64,000 nt of DNA from a virus: IMG/VR virus record IMGVR_UViG_3300007513_001104. One strand, 5' to 3'. Numbering within the stretch: position 1 is the stretch's first letter; the number at the start of each line of letters is the position of its first letter. This document shows, piece after piece, positions 37,765-45,857 of this stretch. The position numbers and the translations under genes were made by a program. The notes beneath the pieces were generated by a model. It was not told the origin of the DNA and ran no database searches. It saw only the letters and a list, made by a program, of their open reading frames with translations.

Positions 37765-38405
37765 TCAAAATCTTTTTGTCCATCTATAGATGCTATTAAA
37801 TAATGCCTTAAATCATTTCCCTTATGATATACTGCATGTTTATATCCTATATTAAGAAAATAACATCTTTTCATCTTCATTTCAACTACTTTGTGTTCTC
37901 CATTTACCCAAAAATGATTTTCAACACCTTTGTTGCCACTTATAGGTATAATAACCCTCATAGCATAAGTTGTATTGTAATCTATGTGTGGTGGTACTTC
38001 ACCACCAGGTCTCATTCGAGAGTAACGAACCCGTATCAACTTATCTTGGAAAGCTCCGTTGAGATGTTGTTGTAGTGGGGAGTCCTTATAAAAATCTACG
38101 GGTTCGTCCCAATTATGTTCGTCCATAGAGAACGGAATCTTGCGTGAAATTTTGTCTTTTGTTGTATATGCTGAGGCGTCTTCTAATTCTTCTTGCTTAC
38201 GACATTCTGTTAAATGAAATGTTTCTACGGCCTTATATGTATCATTTGCAATTGAATTACTAGCTACTGCTAAGCCTCTATGTGATGTGAAATTATCTTG
38301 CCACCTGTCATAATGTTCCCACAGAAAATCTTCTATGAGATTGTAATCTAGTTCTATTGGTAGTTCGGCAATATATGGATAATGCCTTTTGTTATATCTT
38401 GACAT
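37749..38405 (-). CDS. aspartyl/asparaginyl beta-hydroxylase (AspH)-like dioxygenase
   Basis: RVRYSRMRPGGEVPPHID, RVIIPI, FLNIGYKHAV, R. Confidence 0.75.
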   Translation of the reverse strand: MSRYNKRHYPYIAELPIELDYNLIEDFLWEHYDRWQDNFTSHRGLAVASNSIANDTYKAVETFHLTECRKQEELEDASAYTTKDKISRKIPFSMDEHNWDEPVDFYKDSPLQQHLNGAFQDKLIRVRYSRMRPGGEVPPHIDYNTTYAMRVIIPISGNKGVENHFWVNGEHKVVEMKMKRCYFLNIGYKHAVYHKGNDLRHYLIASIDGQKDFECIRL

Positions 38406-39132
38406 CCCGATCAATCATCCTAATAAGTTGGCCGCCAAGGTCTAAAGGATGCCAAATAACTCTTCTGGCGGTCCTATGATGTACTTCGTGAAAACCTTCA
38501 CCCAATGTTAATAAACCTACCCACATATCACTATGAGCTTTTCTTCCTCTATGTGAAAATGTGAATACCAATGACCCTATCATTTTAGCAAACCCTGCTG
38601 GTATAAGCCAGGCGTATAATAGTGCATAAGGATCTATAATAGTTAATAGTAATGCCCAAACACCAACGACTTGCCAATAATATTTAACTTGGTTTCTGTG
38701 TAATTTGTCTTTTAATAAATCTTTAACAAACTTAAAGTTTATGTCTATAAGAACTTGGCCAAAGTACGCTAACATTAAACCTCTATAATAAGGTGAGTGA
38801 GGATCTTTTGGTGTGTCACTATATTTGTGATGTTCCCTATGATTAGCTGCCCATGTAAGAGCAGGGCCTATCATCATTACATGAGGGCCGAACATTAATA
38901 CATATTCAAACCATCTAGGGCATTTAAAATTTCTGTGTGAGAAATATCTGTGATATCCCATTGTAACACCCAACATAATATAACAATACATGCCAACTGC
39001 AATTGCTACTGTAGCAGGTGTCCAATTAAATAAGAATAAAGAGAGAATAGCGGTTACTTGAGCTGTAAGTTGTCCTATTAATAAGGTTACCGGTGCCCAC
39101 GATTTGTTTTGTTTAAATACTGCTTTTCTCAT
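38392..39132 (-). CDS. membrane fatty acid desaturase (delta-9-like)
   Basis: GYHRYFSH, WAANHREHHKYSD..DPHSP, GEGFHEVHH. Confidence 0.9.
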   Translation of the reverse strand: MRKAVFKQNKSWAPVTLLIGQLTAQVTAILSLFLFNWTPATVAIAVGMYCYIMLGVTMGYHRYFSHRNFKCPRWFEYVLMFGPHVMMIGPALTWAANHREHHKYSDTPKDPHSPYYRGLMLAYFGQVLIDINFKFVKDLLKDKLHRNQVKYYWQVVGVWALLLTIIDPYALLYAWLIPAGFAKMIGSLVFTFSHRGRKAHSDMWVGLLTLGEGFHEVHHRTARRVIWHPLDLGGQLIRMIDRDVKI

Positions 39133-39434
39133 TGGTCTTTTACTCTGGATCGAAACTTACGAACTGAACCATCATAAAATAACATACGAGTCCACGGGGT
39201 CCCCCTTCTCATTCTGGGGACTGTGTATTCCCAACCTTGACCGTACCTGTCTATCCATATGACATGGTAGCCTATCCAACGATTGCTTGGATACCACTTT
39301 GCACGACCTCCCTCCATGATCAATCTTTCTAACGTCCAAAAATAACAATTATTCTTCTTAGTAAAGAGCCTGACGGGCCAAGACCAGAAGAAAATTAACA
39401 TTAGGAAGAAGGTAAATAATACTCTATATTTCAC
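39129..39434 (-). CDS. hypothetical membrane-anchored protein
   Basis: N-terminal TM, NCYFW...YHV motif; first gene of the operon. Confidence 0.55.
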   Translation of the reverse strand: MKYRVLFTFFLMLIFFWSWPVRLFTKKNNCYFWTLERLIMEGGRAKWYPSNRWIGYHVIWIDRYGQGWEYTVPRMRRGTPWTRMLFYDGSVRKFRSRVKDQ

Positions 39435-39463
39435 TACGTCTAATTTCGTTCCTTATATAGAAG

Positions 39464-39471
39464 TATTTATA
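39464..39471 (-). promoter_or_regulatory. late promoter heading the tailoring operon
   Basis: Exact TATAAATA about 30 nt upstream of the GTG at 39434. Confidence 0.7.
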
Positions 39472-39556
39472 GTGGAATCAAAAGTGTTTTAACATCTCTC
39501 TCATAGAGATTTATAATAGTTTGTTGCTTCTTTTGCTTCTTTTGGTATTAAATTTT

Positions 39557-39564
39557 TATAAATA
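39557..39564 (+). promoter_or_regulatory. late promoter heading the repeat-protein operon
   Basis: Exact TATAAATA upstream of ATG 39637. Confidence 0.7.
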
Positions 39565-39636
39565 GTGTAACTTACATTATTTCTTTGTCATAAATCTTGA
39601 AAGTGCGAAATATCTAATTTAGGGGACAAAAGAAAA

Positions 39637-41184
39637 ATGAAAAGAATACTGACAGTCGTGGCCGTTATGGGCATGTTCTTATCAGGAAACGTGTTTGCTG
39701 ATCAAACAGGAAACTGTACAGCCGGTACAGAATTTTGTGAAGACAACAATCAGACTACAACATCAACGTCAACGAACACGAATACGAACACCAATACCAA
39801 TACCAATACGAACACCAGCACGAACACCAACACGAACACCAACACTAGCACTTCAACAGCGACGAATACGAACACGAATACGAATACGTCCACGAATACG
39901 AACACTAATAATAACACCAACGTGAACACGAATACGAACACGAATACTAGCACGAATACCAATAATAACACCAACGTGAACACGAATACTAGCACGAATA
40001 CCAACACGAATACGAATACGAATACCAACTCAAATACCAACGTGAACACGAATACGAACACTAACACCAATGCTAATACGAACACGAACACGAATACGAA
40101 TACCAATAATACAACATATAGTGGAAGTAACACGAATACCAACACCAATGCTAATACGAACACGAACACCAGCACAAGCTCTAATACGAATGTGAACACG
40201 AATAATAATATTAGTTCAGGTGGTTTGAATAATACAAATACAAATGTTAATACCAATAATAGCACGTCAAATAATACGAACACCAATAATAACACTAGCA
40301 CGAGTACAAGCAACAACACGAATAATAACACGAACACCAACACCAATAATAACACGAACAATTCAACAGTAAATTCAACATCAAATAATACGAATACAAA
40401 TGTTAATACTTCAACTGTTGATCAAAATGTTAATAGTAATTCAACATCAAATAATACGAACACAAATAACAATAATAATACCAGCAATAGTACATCAAAT
40501 AATACGAACACTAACGTTAATAAAAGTGAAAGCACATCAGATAGTAATGTAACAACCAACAATACTAATAAGAACGAGAACACAAATAAAAATGAAAATA
40601 TCAACAAAACAGATCAAACAATTAAGCAGGAGATTACCACCAAGGCTCCTCCTGCTAGTGCTATTGCGCCTTCCATCGGCTCTAGCTACAGTCAGGACCT
40701 CTGTACCACTGGTGTATCCGGTGCTTTCCAAGGGCAAGTATTTGGTTTATCAGGCGGTAAAAGCGTTAGGGATATGAACTGTGAACGTATTAAGTTATCT
40801 AAAACAGTTTACGATATGGGTATGAAAGTAGCAGCAGTTAGTTTAATGTGCCAAGATGATAGAGTATTCCAGGCCATGGAGATGGCTGGAACGCCTTGTC
40901 CTTACATGGGTAAGATTGGAGACGAAGCTACAGCAGCGTGGGAAGAAAATGCACAAGAAAGACCTGACTACAAGGACAATAAGAAGAAGATAAAAGAACA
41001 AATTAAACGAAAAGAGGAAGAGATAGCTGCCCTGAAAGAGAAAGAAGAATATGAAGCAGACGCCCCACGTAGAGAGTTTATGGCAGAATGTAAGGGCTCT
41101 AGACATGAAGCAGGGAAACACAAAGGCAAAAGAAAGTCCAATGGCACTTGTAGGAAAGAATGGAAAGAATTAAGCAATTCATAA
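39637..41184 (+). CDS. exported Asn/Thr-repeat protein with Cys-containing C-terminal domain
   Basis: Sec signal ending VFA-D; about 280 aa (NT)n tract; PPASAIAP..DLC..NCER..MCQD..TPCP domain; basic tail. Confidence 0.85.
   Translation: MKRILTVVAVMGMFLSGNVFADQTGNCTAGTEFCEDNNQTTTSTSTNTNTNTNTNTNTNTSTNTNTNTNTSTSTATNTNTNTNTSTNTNTNNNTNVNTNTNTNTSTNTNNNTNVNTNTSTNTNTNTNTNTNSNTNVNTNTNTNTNANTNTNTNTNTNNTTYSGSNTNTNTNANTNTNTSTSSNTNVNTNNNISSGGLNNTNTNVNTNNSTSNNTNTNNNTSTSTSNNTNNNTNTNTNNNTNNSTVNSTSNNTNTNVNTSTVDQNVNSNSTSNNTNTNNNNNTSNSTSNNTNTNVNKSESTSDSNVTTNNTNKNENTNKNENINKTDQTIKQEITTKAPPASAIAPSIGSSYSQDLCTTGVSGAFQGQVFGLSGGKSVRDMNCERIKLSKTVYDMGMKVAAVSLMCQDDRVFQAMEMAGTPCPYMGKIGDEATAAWEENAQERPDYKDNKKKIKEQIKRKEEEIAALKEKEEYEADAPRREFMAECKGSRHEAGKHKGKRKSNGTCRKEWKELSNS
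39755..40610 (+). repeat. coding hexamer repeat (AAY ACN)n
   Basis: Long runs of AATACG/AACACG/AATACC/AACACC. Confidence 0.9.
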
Positions 41185-44100
41185 TAGCAGGCCTTTTGTT
41201 ATGTGCTAGCTGGGGTGTTAGTGCCGATAACAATTCAGATTGTGCAAACAGTCAAAGTTGTTATAATAGTGGAGTTTACATTTATGAAGGTAGTCAAGAC
41301 CTTGTTGACCTTTATAATATGTCCGGCACTACTAACCTCAATGCTAGTGACGATAGTTGGTCTCCACAAGTTGATCTTGGTATGGAATGGGATAGGTGGG
41401 ATCAAACTTGGGGACATGCTAAAATGTCTACCAATGGTTGTGTAAACTTTAGAGGTGGATCATCAGGTGGTAATAGTAATGTCTGTAATGACTACACACC
41501 ACAATCTCTACCTTATCGAAACTATACCTTATATCCAATGTGGACTGATTTAATTAGAGGAACAGCATCAGGTGGACAAACTTCCAAGATGTTATTTAAA
41601 GATTTCGGTGATTATGTTGTCTTTGGTTGGTATTACATGAAAGAGTTTAATAGAAATTCAAGTAATAGTTTTGAAGCAATACTATATGCTAATAATTCAT
41701 ACGAATACAGATACAGAGAATTAGATATTATTAACCATGATGTTCTTATAGGCGAACAAGGTAATAACTCAACTACTCCATCAGATACAAAAACATTTCT
41801 ATACTATAATGATTATACACAAGCTTTAGGTGGGTGTCAGACTTTTGATATGTTTTTAGAGGGTGCATCTCAATGTAATACACAATATGGAAATGCTGGT
41901 GGGCCTGATTTAGAAAATGGTGGTTCATTATTCTCTGGTTCATTTGAGGATATGTGTGAACTTAATGCTTTATATAGTACAAATTGTTCAGGATACGCAG
42001 CAGCTTACTTAGCTCAACAATGTGCTCTAGATGCTTTATATAATTCAGCATGTTCAGGATATGCAGCAGCTTATTTAGCTCAACAATGCGCTTTAAATAC
42101 ATTGTATGATGAAGATTGTACAGGATACGCAGCAGCTTTATTAATATATGAATGTGATTTAGATGTATTTTATTCCACACAATGCGACGGATATGCTAGT
42201 GCATTGGCACAAGAAGAAGCTTTGTATGATGCTATATATGGGACAGACGAGGATTATGGATATGATGATGGTAGTGATGATGGAAGTGATTATGGTTATG
42301 ATGAATATGGAAATGCCTACGCAGAAGAAGACATGTGGTATGATGAAGAATATGGTGAATATTTAGATCCTAATGATCCTTGTTATCAAAATGCTTGTGC
42401 AGACTTTACAGATGCTGATTGGTATGCACTAGACATAGAACAATTTGGGCAAGAGCAAGTTGACGAATGGTATGGCCAAGATGTAGAGTTCTCAGACGAA
42501 GGTTATATAGACTACGGCACACAGACAGAAGAAGAGTATTGGACAAACATTGATGAGGGTATGGATGAATATGATCAAGAGCAACAAGAAATGTATGATT
42601 CGTTTACAGAAGAAGATTGGTATGCTTATGATGTAGAGGAGTATGGCCAAGAACAAGTAGATGAATGGTATGGAACAGAAGTAGAATTTACTGAAGATGG
42701 AACGTTTGCTTACGAAGAAGAACAATTTTATGAAGAAGAACAGTTTGAAGAACAATATAGTGAAGAAATTTATTTAACAGATGCTGAATGGTATGAAATA
42801 GACATAGAAGAGTTTGGCCAAGAGCAGGTAGATGAGTGGTATGGCGAAGATGTAACGTTTGATGAGGAAGGTTATATACCTGAAACCCATTGGGAAGAAA
42901 TGTATGAAGAAGAGCTACTAGCACAAAACTTAACACAAGAAGAGATTTATATATTAGAAGAAGAAGTTGGTGTTGAAATATTCGTTGAAGAAGAGTGGGT
43001 ACCTGAAGAAGAAAATGAGATATATGAGGAAGTGTTAGAGGATTATGAAAGAGAAGCTCTTGAAGAACAAGAAGAAGAGATATTCGAAGATTTTGATGAA
43101 ACGTATGACGAAGAAGAGCTTTACATAGAAGAAGATGAGGCATTCGAAGACTTAATAGATGAAGAAGAGTTAGAAGAACTTATTAATGAAGAACACGAAG
43201 AAGAGTTCTTTGAAGAAGAGGAGCAACAAGAAGAAGAACAACAAGAGAGCAAACAAATATATGCAGGACCTACTAATTCAGGCCAGGGAACACAAGTAGC
43301 TCAACAAGAACTGCAGACCTTTACTGCACAAGTAGCTCAACAAGAACAACAACAAGAACAACAAACAATACAACAAGCAGTATCACAAGACTCGTCATCA
43401 AGCAGTTCACAAGCAGTTGTTGCAGAGATAGATTTTGGTGGCACACAAGAAGAACAACAAACAGTTGCTGAAGTCATACAAGAACAGTTAGACGACGGTT
43501 CAGGTAGTACCACAGGAGGCAGTTTTGACAGTAATTCATATTCAAGTGGTAGCAGTAGTAGTGGTAGTAGCGGTTTTGTAGCTAGTAGTAGTCAACAGGA
43601 ACAAATAACACAGTCTACAGGTAATTCATTTATTGCAGAACAGCAAGAACAACAAACAGGTCAATCACAGATACAAGTAGCAGAAGTAGAATCAGGGCCT
43701 GCAGTAACAGCTTTTGAAGTAGCAGAACAACAACAAGAAACACAAGAAGAACAACAAGAATTAACCTTTGATGATGGTTCTAACTTTACCGTAGCAGATC
43801 AGAACTTTGAAAGTTCGTTTGATGACGCTTTAGGGGCGGGACAATCAATAGGACAGTTTTTAAGTAACCAACAACCTAACTTTGCTAAGTTTGATGTTGC
43901 ACCACCTACTGTTGACGAACAACAAGTTACATCAGCTGTTGAATCATTAGCAGATAGAATGGGATCACAAGTAGCAGCTCAAAACTTACAAACACAATTA
44001 GATAACGTGCAACAAGGTGGAGGGTTTGATGTAGATCAAACAGCAACGGTTGCTTTTATAGGTTATAGTTCAGGGTTCAGTGATTATACTGGACAAGAAC

Positions 44101-44249
44101 AATTATCAGATAAGGATGATTGGTACATATCTAAAACAATGTACCCTGGCAACAATGTTAAAGATAATGATTTAAGTTTTTATATGATGGCGGGTAGAAC
44201 CCAAGGTAAATTACAAAAAATGATAGACAGTCAATATAATAGGGAGTAA
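41160..44249 (+). CDS. large exported acidic repeat protein (NIDO-like N-domain, Cys repeats, Trp/acidic repeats)
   Basis: Signal peptide ending VSA-D; MSTNGCVNF..YPMWTDL..FEAILY; 4x22 aa Cys repeats; 3x GQEQVDEWYG; E- and Q/S-rich tracts. Confidence 0.8.
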   Translation: MERIKQFIIAGLLLCASWGVSADNNSDCANSQSCYNSGVYIYEGSQDLVDLYNMSGTTNLNASDDSWSPQVDLGMEWDRWDQTWGHAKMSTNGCVNFRGGSSGGNSNVCNDYTPQSLPYRNYTLYPMWTDLIRGTASGGQTSKMLFKDFGDYVVFGWYYMKEFNRNSSNSFEAILYANNSYEYRYRELDIINHDVLIGEQGNNSTTPSDTKTFLYYNDYTQALGGCQTFDMFLEGASQCNTQYGNAGGPDLENGGSLFSGSFEDMCELNALYSTNCSGYAAAYLAQQCALDALYNSACSGYAAAYLAQQCALNTLYDEDCTGYAAALLIYECDLDVFYSTQCDGYASALAQEEALYDAIYGTDEDYGYDDGSDDGSDYGYDEYGNAYAEEDMWYDEEYGEYLDPNDPCYQNACADFTDADWYALDIEQFGQEQVDEWYGQDVEFSDEGYIDYGTQTEEEYWTNIDEGMDEYDQEQQEMYDSFTEEDWYAYDVEEYGQEQVDEWYGTEVEFTEDGTFAYEEEQFYEEEQFEEQYSEEIYLTDAEWYEIDIEEFGQEQVDEWYGEDVTFDEEGYIPETHWEEMYEEELLAQNLTQEEIYILEEEVGVEIFVEEEWVPEEENEIYEEVLEDYEREALEEQEEEIFEDFDETYDEEELYIEEDEAFEDLIDEEELEELINEEHEEEFFEEEEQQEEEQQESKQIYAGPTNSGQGTQVAQQELQTFTAQVAQQEQQQEQQTIQQAVSQDSSSSSSQAVVAEIDFGGTQEEQQTVAEVIQEQLDDGSGSTTGGSFDSNSYSSGSSSSGSSGFVASSSQQEQITQSTGNSFIAEQQEQQTGQSQIQVAEVESGPAVTAFEVAEQQQETQEEQQELTFDDGSNFTVADQNFESSFDDALGAGQSIGQFLSNQQPNFAKFDVAPPTVDEQQVTSAVESLADRMGSQVAAQNLQTQLDNVQQGGGFDVDQTATVAFIGYSSGFSDYTGQEQLSDKDDWYISKTMYPGNNVKDNDLSFYMMAGRTQGKLQKMIDSQYNRE
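41955..42218 (+). repeat. four 66 bp repeats (CxLxxLYxxxCxGYAAA...)
   Basis: CELNALYSTNCSGYAAAYLAQQ / CALDALYNSACSGYAAAYLAQQ / CALNTLYDEDCTGYAAALLIYE / CDLDVFYSTQCDGYASALAQEE. Confidence 0.9.
42405..42875 (+). repeat. three dispersed ~34 aa repeats (WY..D.E..GQEQVDEWYG..V.F)
   Basis: Seen in translation. Confidence 0.85.
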
Positions 44250-44252
44250 AAA

Positions 44253-44600
44253 ATGGCAGAAGAAAAACAAATAGCACTTAAAGAATCAAGCCAAATAACT
44301 CTAGACGTAAAAAGTTTAATAGGCATACTTGCCATTATTCTATCAATAGCAGGTGTATATTTTACACTAACAGGATCGTTAGCAACAACAAAGTTAGATG
44401 TTATTAGAATGCAAGATGCTGTAGAAATGAACTCTGAGTTTAGAGTTAAATGGCCAAGAGGTGAACTCGGTGCTTTGCCTGATGATGCGGTTCAAGATTT
44501 AAATATTGAGTATCTTCAAAAGGAGATGGATCAATTACAAAAAGAATTTGATGAACACATGAAGGCGCATAATAAAAATAGTAAGAAATTAGGAGACTAA
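44253..44600 (+). CDS. single-TM coiled-coil protein
   Basis: LIGILAIILSIAGVYF TM, WPRGELG, heptad tail; GGGAG SD. Confidence 0.75.
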   Translation: MAEEKQIALKESSQITLDVKSLIGILAIILSIAGVYFTLTGSLATTKLDVIRMQDAVEMNSEFRVKWPRGELGALPDDAVQDLNIEYLQKEMDQLQKEFDEHMKAHNKNSKKLGD

Positions 44601-44601
44601 G

Positions 44602-45033
44602 ATGGCAGAAGTAGAATATAAAGGGCTTAAAATAGGAGGCAGTCAATGGCTTATTATCCTACCTTTACTAGGCTCTATAGTAGGTGGCCTCTGGGGAGGC
44701 TTTCAATTGTATGATAGACTTCTAGACGCAGAAGCAAAACTAGCAAAAGTTAATCCAGTTGCAATACAAGCAGAAGTAGAAAAGCTACAAGGTATAACTG
44801 ATGTAATAAGAGAAGAGTTGGCAGAAGATATAAGGGTATCTAGTCAACTAGCTCGAGATGTTGAAAAGTCCGCAGCAGAGACACAACGAATAATTCGTAA
44901 CGATGTTTATGAGATGGAACGTGAAATGCAGTCCAGATTTAAAGAAATGGATGCAGACATTAGAGAAATGCGGGATGATCTAGAAGACAGGATACAAACG
45001 ATACTTGAAAACCCACTTAACGATGTGGAATAA
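44602..45033 (+). CDS. single-TM coiled-coil protein
   Basis: EVEYKGLKIGG, TM with GGLWGGF, long coiled coil ending LENPL; AGGAG SD. Confidence 0.75.
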   Translation: MAEVEYKGLKIGGSQWLIILPLLGSIVGGLWGGFQLYDRLLDAEAKLAKVNPVAIQAEVEKLQGITDVIREELAEDIRVSSQLARDVEKSAAETQRIIRNDVYEMEREMQSRFKEMDADIREMRDDLEDRIQTILENPLNDVE

Positions 45034-45095
45034 GCTACCCATTTGGGTTATAGGTACACTCGTTTATGGTATAGGCGGGTTTTGTATGTATATGA

Positions 45096-45857
45096 TTATG
45101 TTTTGGACTTAAACGTACAAACAGGTATTGGCTTCATTTTGTGTATGTTTGCTTCTCTTAATTCCAAATATCTCTCATATACTTTCTCAGATAAAGGATC
45201 TGAAGGTGTTAAATTATTTTCTGCCACATTCATTGCCCATTCTAATTCAGAATAACTTATTCCTAACTGATCTTCATCAGTTCTTCCATCAGCCCACAAA
45301 CCATCTGTAGGTGCTGCATCTATTATGTCTTGATTGACACCTAATTTTTCTGCCAAATAATATACTTCTGTTTTTAATAGATCTCCTATAGGGCTTATAT
45401 CAACTCCACCATCTCCATACTTAGTAAAGAACCCTACTCCAAAATCTTCTACTTTATTCCCTGTACCACATACTAGCATATTATTAGCTTGTGCTATGTG
45501 ATATAACGTTAGCATACGGAACCTGGCTTTAGAGTTTACTAATGCTAGCTCATTGCCACAACCCACCCTCGCCATCATTAGCTTAAAATTGTGCAATAAT
45601 TGATTCAGTTCTACAGTTTTTGATCTAATATTATCGAAACGAAGACCTAATTCGTGCATATGAGTTTCTGCTAGTGTAACGCCCTTCTTATTGTGGATTT
45701 CAGGCATAAAAACTACTATCGTTGGTCTACCTGTCATAGCGCATAGAGTTGATGTTACTGCAGAGTCTACACCCCCTGATATTCCTACAACGAAGCCTTT
45801 ATCTGAATAGGCTTCTAGCCAGCTAATGATTTGCGATATTTTGTCTTGTGTTTCCAT
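45096..45857 (-). CDS. nadE: NH3-dependent NAD+ synthetase
   Basis: GISGGVDS, N.KAR.RM, GTGNKVE..GFFTKYGDG..DISPIGDLLKTEV, PTDGLW..TDE.QLG. Confidence 0.95.
   Translation of the reverse strand: METQDKISQIISWLEAYSDKGFVVGISGGVDSAVTSTLCAMTGRPTIVVFMPEIHNKKGVTLAETHMHELGLRFDNIRSKTVELNQLLHNFKLMMARVGCGNELALVNSKARFRMLTLYHIAQANNMLVCGTGNKVEDFGVGFFTKYGDGGVDISPIGDLLKTEVYYLAEKLGVNQDIIDAAPTDGLWADGRTDEDQLGISYSELEWAMNVAENNLTPSDPLSEKVYERYLELREANIHKMKPIPVCTFKSKT

Noticed and set aside
22371-39434. Cluster as a DNA hypermodification or 7-deazaguanine pathway
   Set aside because: No QueC/QueD/FolE/DpdA, hydroxymethylase or DNA glycosyltransferase motifs recognised, and the promoter is late-type; disfavoured but not excluded
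39750-40607. Antisense ORFs of poly-(VF/VL) and the alternate-frame (TR/IR) ORF
   Set aside because: Shadows of the Asn/Thr hexamer repeat; the sense ORF has the signal peptide, SD and promoter
39755-40610. AAC/AAT-rich repeat as CRISPR array or DGR template
   Set aside because: No repeat-spacer periodicity, no second adenine-variant copy, and no reverse transcriptase or cas genes in the window
45043-45310. Plus-strand ORFs overlapping nadE, and similar short antisense ORFs throughout the track
   Set aside because: Opposite well-supported genes, with no SD or motifs
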